Positions 1 through 9,166 of a stretch of 64,000 nucleotides of DNA are shown here, piece after piece. The notes under the pieces are model-generated. The model was not told the DNA's origin. It made no database searches and saw only the letters and a program-made list of their open reading frames with translations. Within the stretch, counting starts at the first letter, position 1, and every line of letters begins with the position of its first letter. Position numbers and translations under genes: made by a program. The DNA comes from Spirochaeta isovalerica (lineage in GTDB: Bacteria > Spirochaetota > Spirochaetia > DSM-2461): assembly GCF_014207565.1 (NCBI RefSeq), contig NZ_JACHGJ010000014.1, positions 8,359-72,358 of the forward strand. The letters run 5' to 3'.

Positions 1-776
1 TTAAAATCGAAAAGACTTTTGCCGACAAATATGGAAAAGAGAAAATTGATTATATAGAAAAGAACGATGGGAACAATCACATGAAGAAGTATCTGCGGAT
101 TGTTGTATATGGCTTTTGCCCTTAAGGCCATGGCGGCAAAAATCATAAGAAACAATCCCAGAGTCGAAATCAGAGGAAATTTCATTTTTATTTTCCTGTT
201 ATATTTCTCTTCTCCCACTTTTTTCACAATGAGAAATCTCGTAAAGACTCCGAGAACAAGCGGAAGAATAACGATAGAAAAGATTTGTATAAACATGGAC
301 ATCATGGGAACTTCAACTTTCGCTCCCAGGAGGAACTGTATGTAGAGCGGCGCCAGTATCGCGCCGAGTATCATGCCGCTGGTCTGGATTTTAATGGCGC
401 CGTTCAGGTTCCCTTTGGCGAAGCCTGTCCAGGATATGGTCATGCCCGAAGTGGGAATCAGACCGATAAGAAGCATTCCCATAATCATCATCGGTTCTTC
501 TGCGAAAAAGATTTTTCCCAGGCCGAAAGAAACCAGAGGGATAAAAATAAAATTGATCAGCTGCGCTGCCACAACCGGCTTGTTATCTCCTCTTACAAAG
601 AGCTTTTTTACCTGAAGATTGACCATCATGGGGTATACCATCAGGAACGTCAGAAAAAGAATAGTACTTTTCAGAAAGGTAACATCAAACAGAAGCCCGG
701 CAACAAAACCGAGGACCATAAATACCGGTATAGTATATACCAGATGTTCCTTAAGAAATTTTAAAACTTTCCACAT
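1..776 (-). CDS. Membrane transporter of the BASS/ACR3 (bile acid:sodium symporter) superfamily, C-terminal end cut by the window edge
   Basis: This ORF is missing from the six-frame track because it has no stop codon inside the window. Translating the reverse strand from the ATG at rc 774-776, which follows a GGAGG RBS at rc ~785-789, gives MWKVLKFLKEHLVYTIPVFMVLGF...GLIPTSGMTISWTGFAKGN..., about 258 aa of polytopic membrane protein. The overlapping plus-strand ORFs 100-345, 285-764 and 373-615 have non-protein-like composition. Confidence 0.6.
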   Translation of the reverse strand, partial: MWKVLKFLKEHLVYTIPVFMVLGFVAGLLFDVTFLKSTILFLTFLMVYPMMVNLQVKKLFVRGDNKPVVAAQLINFIFIPLVSFGLGKIFFAEEPMMIMGMLLIGLIPTSGMTISWTGFAKGNLNGAIKIQTSGMILGAILAPLYIQFLLGAKVEVPMMSMFIQIFSIVILPLVLGVFTRFLIVKKVGEEKYNRKIKMKFPLISTLGLFLMIFAAMALRAKAIYNNPQILLHVIVPIVLFYIINFLFSIFVGKSLFDF

Positions 777-901
777 AAACAGATTCCTCCTCTAATTGCT
801 TCGCCACTATATATAGTTTCTAATATATAGTCAACAATAAGAAATCTCATCTGCCTACTTCTTTTGTTGAAAAAACACCTTCTATTGGATAAAATTGTCT
901 T

Positions 902-2545
902 ATGAGTGACTTCAGCGACAATAATGTTCTTGATTCTGAACTTGAATCCCTTCTGGCTCCCATTGGCAGCACAGATGACAAACCGGATTTTGATGACTTA
1001 TTCAGCGATAACAAACTTTCATCGCCAAAAGCAGAAGAAGTATCCATGCTTGAGGACATTACGAGCGAAGAATTTCACGCTGTAATAGATTTTGAATGTG
1101 AACCCAAGCCTTATTTCAACAATCCCAATTACTACAAATTTCTACTGACGGGTATGGGGGATATTTCAGACAAACTGCACAAAACACTGCAGAGCTATCT
1201 GAGAGCGACTGATCCGAAAGACAAAACGGTCTACCGGCAGCGCATGATCCCTCTGTACTGGGAATTGATCCGTAAACAGGTTGAAGTATTAAGCGAAGAT
1301 TCGGAAATGCCCCGACGGCTTCTGATCCGCTATGGCGCTCTTCTTCCCAATGTCATTTCAGCGGAACAACGGAAGATGCTCTCTTCGATTATTTTTGAAA
1401 ACCGTTTGGACGAACCGGTCCACTATGTTGACGAATGGTTTCTTTTCGTGGGCAGGGGCGACGTAGCTCCTCTTGCGACCGATGAAGAGTTTACCTATAG
1501 AAAAAAAAGCAAAGATGTTTCCGCCATTAAACAGCAGCTGACTAAAGCCAGGGGAGAAAAAGACTCCTATATTGCGGCCATCCGGAATCTGGAAATCCGG
1601 CAGAAGTCTGTGGAAAAGTCTCTTATGATGAAAGCCCAGGTTGTTTCCAGGCACGAAAGATCCCGGGTTTATACAGGTGTCCGGGACCCATACAACCAGT
1701 CCCAGAGAGCTTCCCTGGGAGAGATACTCTCCCATGTAAAGGAACTCCAGAATATCGACAGGGAAATAAAAGAGCGGTTTGACTCACTGCGCAGAAACGG
1801 CGAGAAGTTAAAGAACCTGGAACAGCAAGCTCATAGCGCCGGGGTGGGAACGTCTGTCGACCCCAGATTGGCATCAAAGGAAGTGGACAGCATACGGCAG
1901 ATGGCGAAAATGTCTGTCGGCCGACAGGGAAACCATATGCCCATGCTGATGAAACAGTTCTTCTTCTCAAATATAAAAGCCATTGCCACGAGAGAAAATA
2001 TCATAGACCTGCTCAGGCAATTTGAAAATATTGATCCGGGAGTGTTCAGGAGAACCTTCCGGCAGAAGACAACGAGAATCGTGCCTCATGTCATAATCCT
2101 CCCCTGTTTCGGAGACAGAGGTCTTTGCTGGGAGCCATTTGAAAAAACCAACAAATCGACAAGCCGCGGAAGAATCGGGATCCCCATGTTTCCCAAAGAC
2201 CTGAAAGTCGCCGTGCTGACCGCTCTGGGCGATTTGCGATGGCAGGTCGCCAAGGAAAAAGCTCAGCATTACTGGATGCAGGAAGGTCTTACGGGGCATT
2301 ATTATGAATGGTTCGACTCCAAAAAACTGAGAGGCGACGTCAGACTTAAATTTATCCAGGATTATATTTTATGGATGACGAAAGAGTCGGAAGGTGTGCA
2401 AAAGCTGGATAAAGATGTTCGCGGAATATTCTGGCGGGACATGCCTTTCCCCCTCCAGCTGAGAGAATCACTCAGAAAGAGGGGATTCGTTTATAACGAA
2501 CTTTTCAAGAAAGACAAAAACAGAGAGATGTCCGACGGGTATTAA
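902..2545 (+). CDS. Hypothetical protein (547 aa) with an acidic N-terminus and a coiled-coil-rich middle
   Basis: Long ORF starting at ATG with plausible coding composition. I recognise no family. The 3' end overlaps the next gene by 4 nt. Confidence 0.6.
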   Translation: MSDFSDNNVLDSELESLLAPIGSTDDKPDFDDLFSDNKLSSPKAEEVSMLEDITSEEFHAVIDFECEPKPYFNNPNYYKFLLTGMGDISDKLHKTLQSYLRATDPKDKTVYRQRMIPLYWELIRKQVEVLSEDSEMPRRLLIRYGALLPNVISAEQRKMLSSIIFENRLDEPVHYVDEWFLFVGRGDVAPLATDEEFTYRKKSKDVSAIKQQLTKARGEKDSYIAAIRNLEIRQKSVEKSLMMKAQVVSRHERSRVYTGVRDPYNQSQRASLGEILSHVKELQNIDREIKERFDSLRRNGEKLKNLEQQAHSAGVGTSVDPRLASKEVDSIRQMAKMSVGRQGNHMPMLMKQFFFSNIKAIATRENIIDLLRQFENIDPGVFRRTFRQKTTRIVPHVIILPCFGDRGLCWEPFEKTNKSTSRGRIGIPMFPKDLKVAVLTALGDLRWQVAKEKAQHYWMQEGLTGHYYEWFDSKKLRGDVRLKFIQDYILWMTKESEGVQKLDKDVRGIFWRDMPFPLQLRESLRKRGFVYNELFKKDKNREMSDGY

Positions 2546-2838
2546 CGCTTTCTCTTAAATAGAGGCGCGATATATTTCTCAAGATCCCATTTCTTATTGA
2601 TGAACTTGATTATCTGGGAATAGATGAGATAACTTCCGACAACCGAAAGCATCACTGCGCCCAGGGTCAGAGCCGATACGAGCTGACTGCTTGTTTCGGC
2701 TGTAAATGCGAAACCGATCAGATAGAGAAATAGAATCAGCAGAATCAGCATGATTCCGATATTGACGATTGTCCCTACTATGAGGAACAGAAATGTATTA
2801 AGTTTCTTGTTCATGTTTATTTTTTCCTTCCAAGGCAA
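2542..2838 (-). CDS. Small hypothetical membrane protein with two predicted TM helices
   Basis: Hydrophobic 98-aa ORF immediately downstream of lspA on the same strand. The 5' end overlaps lspA, so the true start may be an internal Met at about 2814 or 2751. Confidence 0.45.
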   Translation of the reverse strand: MPWKEKINMNKKLNTFLFLIVGTIVNIGIMLILLILFLYLIGFAFTAETSSQLVSALTLGAVMLSVVGSYLIYSQIIKFINKKWDLEKYIAPLFKRKR

Positions 2839-3319
2839 AAGTTATAAGCAGGAGAATGCCGAAGACGACAATTGATGAATCGGCTACATTGAAAACGGGA
2901 AACCGCTCCATTCCGAACAAACCGTAGAATTTCACGCTGACAAAGTCCACCACTCCGTCGGGACGGAAGATGCGGTCAATGAGATTTCCAACTCCACCGC
3001 CTAGGATTCCCGCCATCAGCCACCGCTGTAAAACCGTTATGCCATTGGCACGGAGTATATAAACAACCAGCCCGGCCATAACGATCAGGGGAATAATAAT
3101 AAAAAGTATGATTCTGACGAAATTGGGAACAGAGTCTCCCATACTGAATGCAATACCGAGATTTTTTACATGGACGATCCACAGAAAATCGTTCCAGAAG
3201 GAATATCCAATGGAATTGACAGCAATGTTGTCTACAATCAGTTTTTTACTGATCTGATCGGCTGCGATAAGAAAAGCCGGCAGAACCATTGTCAGGCTTC
3301 TCTGCATATTTTTATTCAC
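2798..3319 (-). CDS. lspA: Lipoprotein signal peptidase II
   Basis: Carries the LspA motifs NxGIAFSMG, GGGVGNLIDR, VVDFV and FNVADSSI, is 173 aa, and has four TM segments. Confidence 0.9.
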   Translation of the reverse strand: MNKNMQRSLTMVLPAFLIAADQISKKLIVDNIAVNSIGYSFWNDFLWIVHVKNLGIAFSMGDSVPNFVRIILFIIIPLIVMAGLVVYILRANGITVLQRWLMAGILGGGVGNLIDRIFRPDGVVDFVSVKFYGLFGMERFPVFNVADSSIVVFGILLLITFALEGKNKHEQET

Positions 3320-3345
3320 AAATCTTCTCCGTGTTTTTATGGAAA

Positions 3346-4107
3346 TTAAAGTCCGGTAGGAATATCGATGAACTCCGTTTCTATGGACAATTCCCGCTTT
3401 ATCTTTTCAGCCAGTAGTTTAACACCATAGACTTCCGTTGCATAGTGGCCCCCGCAGATCACGTTGATTCCCGCTTCCAGAGCGGCATGATACAGAACAT
3501 GCCCGGCCTCTCCGGTAAGATATAAGTCCGCGCCGGCTTCAATCGCCTGATCGAGATCATGGGAAGCGCTTCCGGATATGAGAGCGACGGTGCGGATTTC
3601 ATCCTTTCCGAATGGCAGCACTCTGACACTCTCCTCCCAGCTTCCGAAAAGACGGGCCGTAATTTCATCGCGGGTCTGAGGCGTTTCGAATTCCCCCTTC
3701 CATCCGATATGAACGCCTTTGTAGGCACCGAAGGGCTCGAGGGATTTCAACCCAAGAGCTTTAGCCATTCCGGCATTGTTGCCGAGTTCCTCATGCATAT
3801 CCAGAGGAAGATGAGCGGCATAAAGGGCCAGATCATTTTTGATCAGAATTTCCATCCGTCTGTAAAAATCGCCGGTTACGGGAATGACACGGCCCCAGTA
3901 CAGGCCGTGATGAACGAATAGCATATCGGCTCCCGACTCTGAAGCCCGGCGGAAACTCTCCATAGATGCGTCAACGGCAAAAGCGATTTTCTTCAACTCC
4001 TTTTCTGTTCTTCCCACCTGAAGCCCGTTCAAAGAAGCATCGCGACCGGCCATTTCATTGATATTTAAAATATTTCTTACCCATTTATCAAATTCTTCTA
4101 CGTTCAT
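3346..4107 (-). CDS. Nif3-family dinuclear metal-centre protein (YqfO/YbgI-like)
   Basis: 253 aa with the Nif3 hallmarks: HHG..W in the N-terminal half, GHYATE in the C-terminal half and conserved metal-ligand histidines. Confidence 0.8.
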   Translation of the reverse strand: MNVEEFDKWVRNILNINEMAGRDASLNGLQVGRTEKELKKIAFAVDASMESFRRASESGADMLFVHHGLYWGRVIPVTGDFYRRMEILIKNDLALYAAHLPLDMHEELGNNAGMAKALGLKSLEPFGAYKGVHIGWKGEFETPQTRDEITARLFGSWEESVRVLPFGKDEIRTVALISGSASHDLDQAIEAGADLYLTGEAGHVLYHAALEAGINVICGGHYATEVYGVKLLAEKIKRELSIETEFIDIPTGL

Positions 4108-4135
4108 AGGGCCATTGTAAATTATTATTTATAAC

Positions 4136-6529
4136 ATGAATAGAAATATAAAAGAACTTTCCTACGACGATCTGAAACTGACAGTTGATATTCCCGATCA
4201 TGACAAAACTTCGGTTGATACGGGCAGCTGGGGAATAATCGGTCAGCCAAGAGCCCTGAAAGCCCTCAAGATGGGAATTGAAATAAAAGCAAAAGGCTAC
4301 AATCTCTTTGTCTCCGGGGACCCCGGCACAGGCAGAAAAACAGCTACCATGCAAATCCTGAAAGAGCACAGCAGAAAAACATCTCCCCTGAAAGATATAG
4401 CTTATGTATACAATTTCGATAAACCGGAAAATCCAAAAGTGCTCTATTTCCCGGAAGGGTCGGCTTCGCGATTTAAGAAGAAAATGAAAGGGCTGGTGGA
4501 GAAGCTCAAATCCATCATTGAGGAGAACCTCTCTGAAGAGACATATAAAAGCGAAAGGGACAGACAGATAACTCAGATCGAAAGCCGGGAGAACCGGATC
4601 CTTTCCGAATTTGAAGACAGGCTTGTCGAGGCGGGATTTCGCACCATTCAGGTTCCCGATGAAGAGAACGAGGAAGCGCTGACAGATCTGGTTCCGCTTT
4701 ATAACGATGAAGCTGTGACTTTTGAAGAACTGCAAACTTTCGTAACCGCCGGCACCATTACCGAAGAGCAGTGGCAGGCTATCCGCGAGCGCTACTACTA
4801 CTTCATGGATGAAATGAAGAACATCTTCTCATCCATAAAGAGAGAACGGGAACAGATGGAAAAAGACCTGCGCAAATCCGCCGAGGAAGCCGTCCGAAAG
4901 AGCATTGCCGGTGAGCTGCGGAAAATCCGGAAATCCTGGACTTTGCCGGAGGTCAGAGAATATCTGAGGGATATGGAAAAAGATGTGATCCAGTTCCACA
5001 GCCTTCTCATCGATGAAAACGCCGAAGAGGAAATGGGAGATCTGCTCTCCGAACGATACGATGTCAATATCATTGTTGAGCACAGCAAAGAAGATCAGCT
5101 GCCGGTTCTGACGGAAAATCATCCTACCGATGCCAATCTTTTCGGTACCATTGAAACATCTGTGGATTTGAGCGGAGAGGGACGGACTTCCTTCATGATG
5201 ATCCGGAGCGGTTCTCTGATTTCAGCCTCGGGAGGTTTTCTCATCCTCCAGGCCGAAGACATATTGAAAAACGATGAGCTGTGGAACGGTTTGAAAAGGG
5301 TTCTCCAAACCGGACAGGTCGAAGTCAGGGGGCAGCAGTCTCCTTTAGGCATTCCCATGACAAATATGAAGCCGGAACCTGTCAGGATCGACACAAAGGT
5401 GATAATTATCGGGCCGGCGGATCTCTATTTTACTCTGTCCCAGCTGGACAGCGATTTCATCAAGCATTTTAAAATCAGCGCGGAATTCGATTCCGACATG
5501 GAACGCAACAATTCGACGATCGGCGAGTACACCGGTTTTATCCACAACCTCATTAAAAAGGAAGAATTGCGGTCTATAGACGACGACGGGATTCTGGAAG
5601 TATGCCAGTACGGCATTAAACTTTCCGACAGAAGAGACCGCCTGAGCACAAGGTTCTCACTTATATCCGACCTGCTGCGCGAGTCTGATTACTGGGCGGC
5701 CCGGGAGGGAAAGGACCTGATCGATAGAAACTCTGTCATCAGAGCCATAAGAGAAAAGAACTACATACTGAACCTGCCGGAAGAGAAGCTGGATGACCAG
5801 ATAAACAGAGGGGTTATTCTCATAGACAGAGAGGGAGAAGCCATAGGCGCCGTAAACGGGCTGGTCGTATTTGACAGAGGATATCACTCCTTCGGTTTGC
5901 CGGTCCGGATTACCGCATCAGCGGGTCCGGGCAAGGGAGGTGTCATTAATATTGAAAGGGAAGCCGGTCTTTCCGGAAACATTCACGACAAGGGCATGTT
6001 CATTCTCGAAGGTTTTGTAAGAAAGCGTTTCGGCAATACCTACCCGCTCTCCTTCACGTCGTCCATTTGCATGGAACAATCATATACAGGAGTTGACGGG
6101 GATTCGGCTTCGGCAGCGGAATTATTCTGTCTTGTCTCTGAAATATCAGAGGTCCCTCTCCGCCAGGACCTTGCCGTGACTGGATCGATAAATCAGCTCG
6201 GCCATATTCAGCCGGTCGGGGGAGTCTCTGAAAAAATCGAGGGATTTTTTACGGTTTGCAGCAAGAACGGCTTAACGGGAACCCAGGGAGTTATCATACC
6301 GGAAAGCAACAGGGACAACCTTTTATTGCCTTCGCGTATTCTGGAAGCGGTCAAAGAGGGAAACTTCCACATCTACACAATGAGAACTGTCGATGACGGA
6401 CTGGCTTTGCTGACAGGCATGAAAACAGGAGAGAAAGGCGGGCAGGGAAGATATCCCGAAGATTCTCTGAACGGCAGAATCGATGAAAAACTGAGAGAAT
6501 TCAGCCGTCTGAGCCGTGAAGAGAAGTAA
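4136..6529 (+). CDS. Lon-like ATP-dependent protease: an AAA+ ATPase with a C-terminal S16 Lon proteolytic domain (COG1067 type)
   Basis: N-terminal GQ..A...L...G.N.FVSGDPGTGRKT Walker A in a Lon-related ATPase context. The C-terminal DGDSASAA motif supplies the catalytic serine and GGVSEKIEG supplies the catalytic lysine, matching the Lon S16 fold. Length is 797 aa. Confidence 0.8.
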   Translation: MNRNIKELSYDDLKLTVDIPDHDKTSVDTGSWGIIGQPRALKALKMGIEIKAKGYNLFVSGDPGTGRKTATMQILKEHSRKTSPLKDIAYVYNFDKPENPKVLYFPEGSASRFKKKMKGLVEKLKSIIEENLSEETYKSERDRQITQIESRENRILSEFEDRLVEAGFRTIQVPDEENEEALTDLVPLYNDEAVTFEELQTFVTAGTITEEQWQAIRERYYYFMDEMKNIFSSIKREREQMEKDLRKSAEEAVRKSIAGELRKIRKSWTLPEVREYLRDMEKDVIQFHSLLIDENAEEEMGDLLSERYDVNIIVEHSKEDQLPVLTENHPTDANLFGTIETSVDLSGEGRTSFMMIRSGSLISASGGFLILQAEDILKNDELWNGLKRVLQTGQVEVRGQQSPLGIPMTNMKPEPVRIDTKVIIIGPADLYFTLSQLDSDFIKHFKISAEFDSDMERNNSTIGEYTGFIHNLIKKEELRSIDDDGILEVCQYGIKLSDRRDRLSTRFSLISDLLRESDYWAAREGKDLIDRNSVIRAIREKNYILNLPEEKLDDQINRGVILIDREGEAIGAVNGLVVFDRGYHSFGLPVRITASAGPGKGGVINIEREAGLSGNIHDKGMFILEGFVRKRFGNTYPLSFTSSICMEQSYTGVDGDSASAAELFCLVSEISEVPLRQDLAVTGSINQLGHIQPVGGVSEKIEGFFTVCSKNGLTGTQGVIIPESNRDNLLLPSRILEAVKEGNFHIYTMRTVDDGLALLTGMKTGEKGGQGRYPEDSLNGRIDEKLREFSRLSREEK

Positions 6530-6535
6530 ACTTTC

Positions 6536-6563
6536 TTGACAGTAGGGGACCCCCCATTATAAT
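6536..6563 (+). promoter_or_regulatory. Sigma70-like promoter (TTGACA, 16 bp, TATAAT) upstream of the first HDOD gene
   Basis: TTGACA at 6536-6541, a 16-nt spacer, then TATAAT at 6558-6563. A second TATAAT lies at 6570-6575. AAGGAAG RBS sits 7 nt before the GTG start at 6607. Confidence 0.55.
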
Positions 6564-6606
6564 TTGATATATAATCGTGAATAGTTTCACTTAAGGAAGT
6601 GCATCA

Positions 6607-8088
6607 GTGGCTCTTAATATCGACAGAGAAAAAATCATTCGAGCTGTAAGACAGTCTATCCCATTGGCAATTACAACATACAAACTGCCCCATGAAACGG
6701 AAATGGATCTGGAAAATGTTCTGGGTATGTTTCTGAAGGAAATGGATCAGGATATGCTGAAGGACCGTCTGGCCTACCGTCTGAGAGAGCTGGCTGTCAA
6801 TGCCAAGAAAGCCAATACGAAAAGGGTTTACTTTGAGGACAAAGGTCTCGACCTCGCCAATAAAGAGCAGTATGAAGAAGGAATGCGGAACTTCAAGGAA
6901 GAGACTTTCAACAATCTCGATTACTACCTGAACCTGCAGAAGGAAAAGGGTCTGTACATTAAGATAATTTTCCACAGCCGCGGCAAAAAATTTAAAATAT
7001 CCATCAAGAACAACGTTGAAATCAACAGAAAGGAGCAAATGAGGATTTACGACCGTATCGCCCGATCAAGAGCTTTCGACTCCATGGAAGAAGCTTTCGC
7101 CGAAGTTCTTGATGATTCGGAAGGAGCCGGACTGGGAATCGTCATCCTCATACTCATGCTGAGAAAAATGGGTCTCGATGAAGAATCTTTTGAGATCGAA
7201 GGCGAAAACGGCGTAACAACAGCATCCATAACCATACCCATGGGCGAAGTTCACCTTGAAAAACTTGAACTCCTTACCAGGCAGATCGTCGATGAAATTG
7301 AAGCCCTTCCCCAGTTCCCCGATAATATCGTTCATCTGCAGAAACTGATTAACGACCCGGACTCGGAAATTGCTGAAATAGCCCGCCGGATCGCGACAGA
7401 CCCGTCGCTGACAGCGGATCTGTTGAAAACCGTAAACTCAGCGCAATTTATGCTTCCCAACAAAGTGGACAACATCGCCGACGCTGTAAAAATGGTCGGC
7501 CTCCGCGGTTTGAAAAACCTGCTCTACAGCTATGGAACGGAAAAGATATTGAACTTCCCCGAAAAGAAAGAGCTTTGGGAGCATGCGCACAGAACAGCAT
7601 ATTATTCTTATAACCTGGCCAGAAACAGACGGCTGAAGAAAGAAATGGTCGACGACGCCTATATCGGCGGCATCCTCCACGATATGGGAAAAATCGTGTT
7701 TTCCAATGTTCACCCCATGCTGATTGAACGGATACAGGAGTTTTCTACGGAAAAAGAGATTCCCGGAGAACTCTTCGAAAGGCTGTCAGCCGGTTACAAT
7801 CATGCGGAAGTGGGCGCCAAGATCGCCGAGAAATGGAACTTCCCTGATTCTCTTGTCGCCGCGATCGGGTATCACCACAACCCGGAAGCGAGTCCGGCTG
7901 ACTACAAGCCGCTTGTCTACACGATTTACCTGGCCAATGCCATATGTAATCTTGAGAAAAAAGAGATAAGCTTTGACCAGCTCGATGAAAAGGTGCTGGC
8001 TTTCTTCAGGATATCCAATGAAAGTCAGATAAAACACATTATGACCAGGCTTTCCAAAGATTTCGAAAACGAAAGATCAAAGATTTAG
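6607..8088 (+). CDS. Two-domain protein: N-terminal SpoIIAB/RsbW-like GHKL ATPase (serine-kinase-like) domain and C-terminal HDOD domain
   Basis: N-box-like ELAVNAKKAN and G2-box-like SEGAGLGIVILILMLRKMG in the N-terminal half. The C-terminal half has the HDOD signature GGILHDMGKIVF and flanking helices. It is paralogous to 12075-13559. Confidence 0.75.
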   Translation: MALNIDREKIIRAVRQSIPLAITTYKLPHETEMDLENVLGMFLKEMDQDMLKDRLAYRLRELAVNAKKANTKRVYFEDKGLDLANKEQYEEGMRNFKEETFNNLDYYLNLQKEKGLYIKIIFHSRGKKFKISIKNNVEINRKEQMRIYDRIARSRAFDSMEEAFAEVLDDSEGAGLGIVILILMLRKMGLDEESFEIEGENGVTTASITIPMGEVHLEKLELLTRQIVDEIEALPQFPDNIVHLQKLINDPDSEIAEIARRIATDPSLTADLLKTVNSAQFMLPNKVDNIADAVKMVGLRGLKNLLYSYGTEKILNFPEKKELWEHAHRTAYYSYNLARNRRLKKEMVDDAYIGGILHDMGKIVFSNVHPMLIERIQEFSTEKEIPGELFERLSAGYNHAEVGAKIAEKWNFPDSLVAAIGYHHNPEASPADYKPLVYTIYLANAICNLEKKEISFDQLDEKVLAFFRISNESQIKHIMTRLSKDFENERSKI

Positions 8089-8109
8089 CATTTCCCTCTT
8101 TACTTTGTT

Positions 8110-8141
8110 TTTTGTATATATTATATTTCATATATACAAAA
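8110..8141. promoter_or_regulatory. AT-rich inverted repeat (11-bp arms, 10-bp spacer) in the promoter region of the glutaredoxin-like gene
   Basis: TTTTGTATATA at 8110-8120 and TATATACAAAA at 8131-8141 are exact reverse complements. AGGAAAGGAG RBS at 8147-8156 and ATG at 8161 follow. Confidence 0.5.
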
Positions 8142-8160
8142 AAATAGGAAAGGAGCGGCC

Positions 8161-8391
8161 ATGACAGTTAAAATATACTCTACTCCCACTTGTTCATACT
8201 GCAATATCGCAAAAAAATATTTCCGTGAACACAATATAAAATTCACTGATTACAATGTAATGATCAACCCTAAAAGAGCCCAGGAGATGGTCGACAAGTC
8301 AGGACAGCGCGGAGTTCCCGTCATTGATATAAACGGAAAGATTATAGTCGGGTTCAATCAGACTGAAATAGAAAGAAGCCTTAAAAGGTAA
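8161..8391 (+). CDS. Small glutaredoxin-like thiol-disulfide oxidoreductase (YruB/NrdH-like)
   Basis: 76 aa with a CSYC redox motif near the N-terminus and a thioredoxin-fold pattern: GVPVIDINGKII before a C-terminal helix. Confidence 0.8.
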   Translation: MTVKIYSTPTCSYCNIAKKYFREHNIKFTDYNVMINPKRAQEMVDKSGQRGVPVIDINGKIIVGFNQTEIERSLKR

Positions 8392-9166
8392 AAGTGTTAA
8401 ACCATTTCTGAAGTGCTATTCCCGTGGCGACAGAAACGTTGATGGAACCCTTCAAACCTCCCGTTCTTATCGACACCCGTCCCAGGCTGCTGTCCGCAGC
8501 ATCCAGAGAAGCGGGGCTGACGCCAAGTTCTTCAGATCCGATGATCAATGTTCCTTTTTCAGGAAAGGGAAAGGATTCCAGAGCGGTTCCTCCCAGCTCC
8601 AAAGCGAAAAGCGGATGAACGAGATCATCTAATTTCCCATAGCTCCATGGCAAAATATCGGTACAGCCCATGGAGCTTCTTTTTGCCCTTCTGTGATCGG
8701 GAGAACAGGTTTCTTCCGACAGGATAATCTCTTTAATGCCGAAAGACTCGGCTGAACGGAAAATCGATCCGACATTAAAGGGAGAGCGGACTCCATCCAG
8801 ATAAAGATAGAGCTCACCTGAGACCCGTTCCGAACGGGCCGCCTCATTTTTCGAAGGAAGAAAATCCCAGTCCCCGGGTTCCGCTCCGACAGCACTTTGC
8901 AGCTTATACCGGAGGGAATTGCACGACCATAAAAGAGTGTCTTCTTTCCCTTCTGTTTCCAGAGCGGATATTAAACTTCGGCAGGCTTTATGAACTTTTT
9001 CTTCATAAAAACGATCTCTGAGAATCATATCAGCCAGTCCCGCGAGATAAACCCTGTTTATTGACCCGCCGGATTTCAGGTTCTCTTCAAATCCCTGAAG
9101 AAGCAGAGGAAATTTCCTTCTCCTCGTATCGTCTTTAAGAGATGCCAGTTTCCTGAGAGTAATCAT
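8381..9166 (-). CDS. SpoU/TrmH-family RNA 2'-O-methyltransferase
   Basis: SPOUT motifs LDGVRSPFNVGSIFRSAESFG, IGSEELGVS and SINVSVATGIAL. It overlaps the 3' end of the glutaredoxin-like gene by 11 nt on the opposite strand. Confidence 0.8.
   Translation of the reverse strand: MITLRKLASLKDDTRRRKFPLLLQGFEENLKSGGSINRVYLAGLADMILRDRFYEEKVHKACRSLISALETEGKEDTLLWSCNSLRYKLQSAVGAEPGDWDFLPSKNEAARSERVSGELYLYLDGVRSPFNVGSIFRSAESFGIKEIILSEETCSPDHRRAKRSSMGCTDILPWSYGKLDDLVHPLFALELGGTALESFPFPEKGTLIIGSEELGVSPASLDAADSSLGRVSIRTGGLKGSINVSVATGIALQKWFNTFTF

Noticed and set aside
100-764. Plus-strand ORFs 100-345, 285-764 and 373-615
   Set aside because: Their composition is His/Arg-rich and low-complexity and they lie antisense to a well-formed minus-strand transporter gene (1-776) with a strong RBS. 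I treated them as shadow ORFs.
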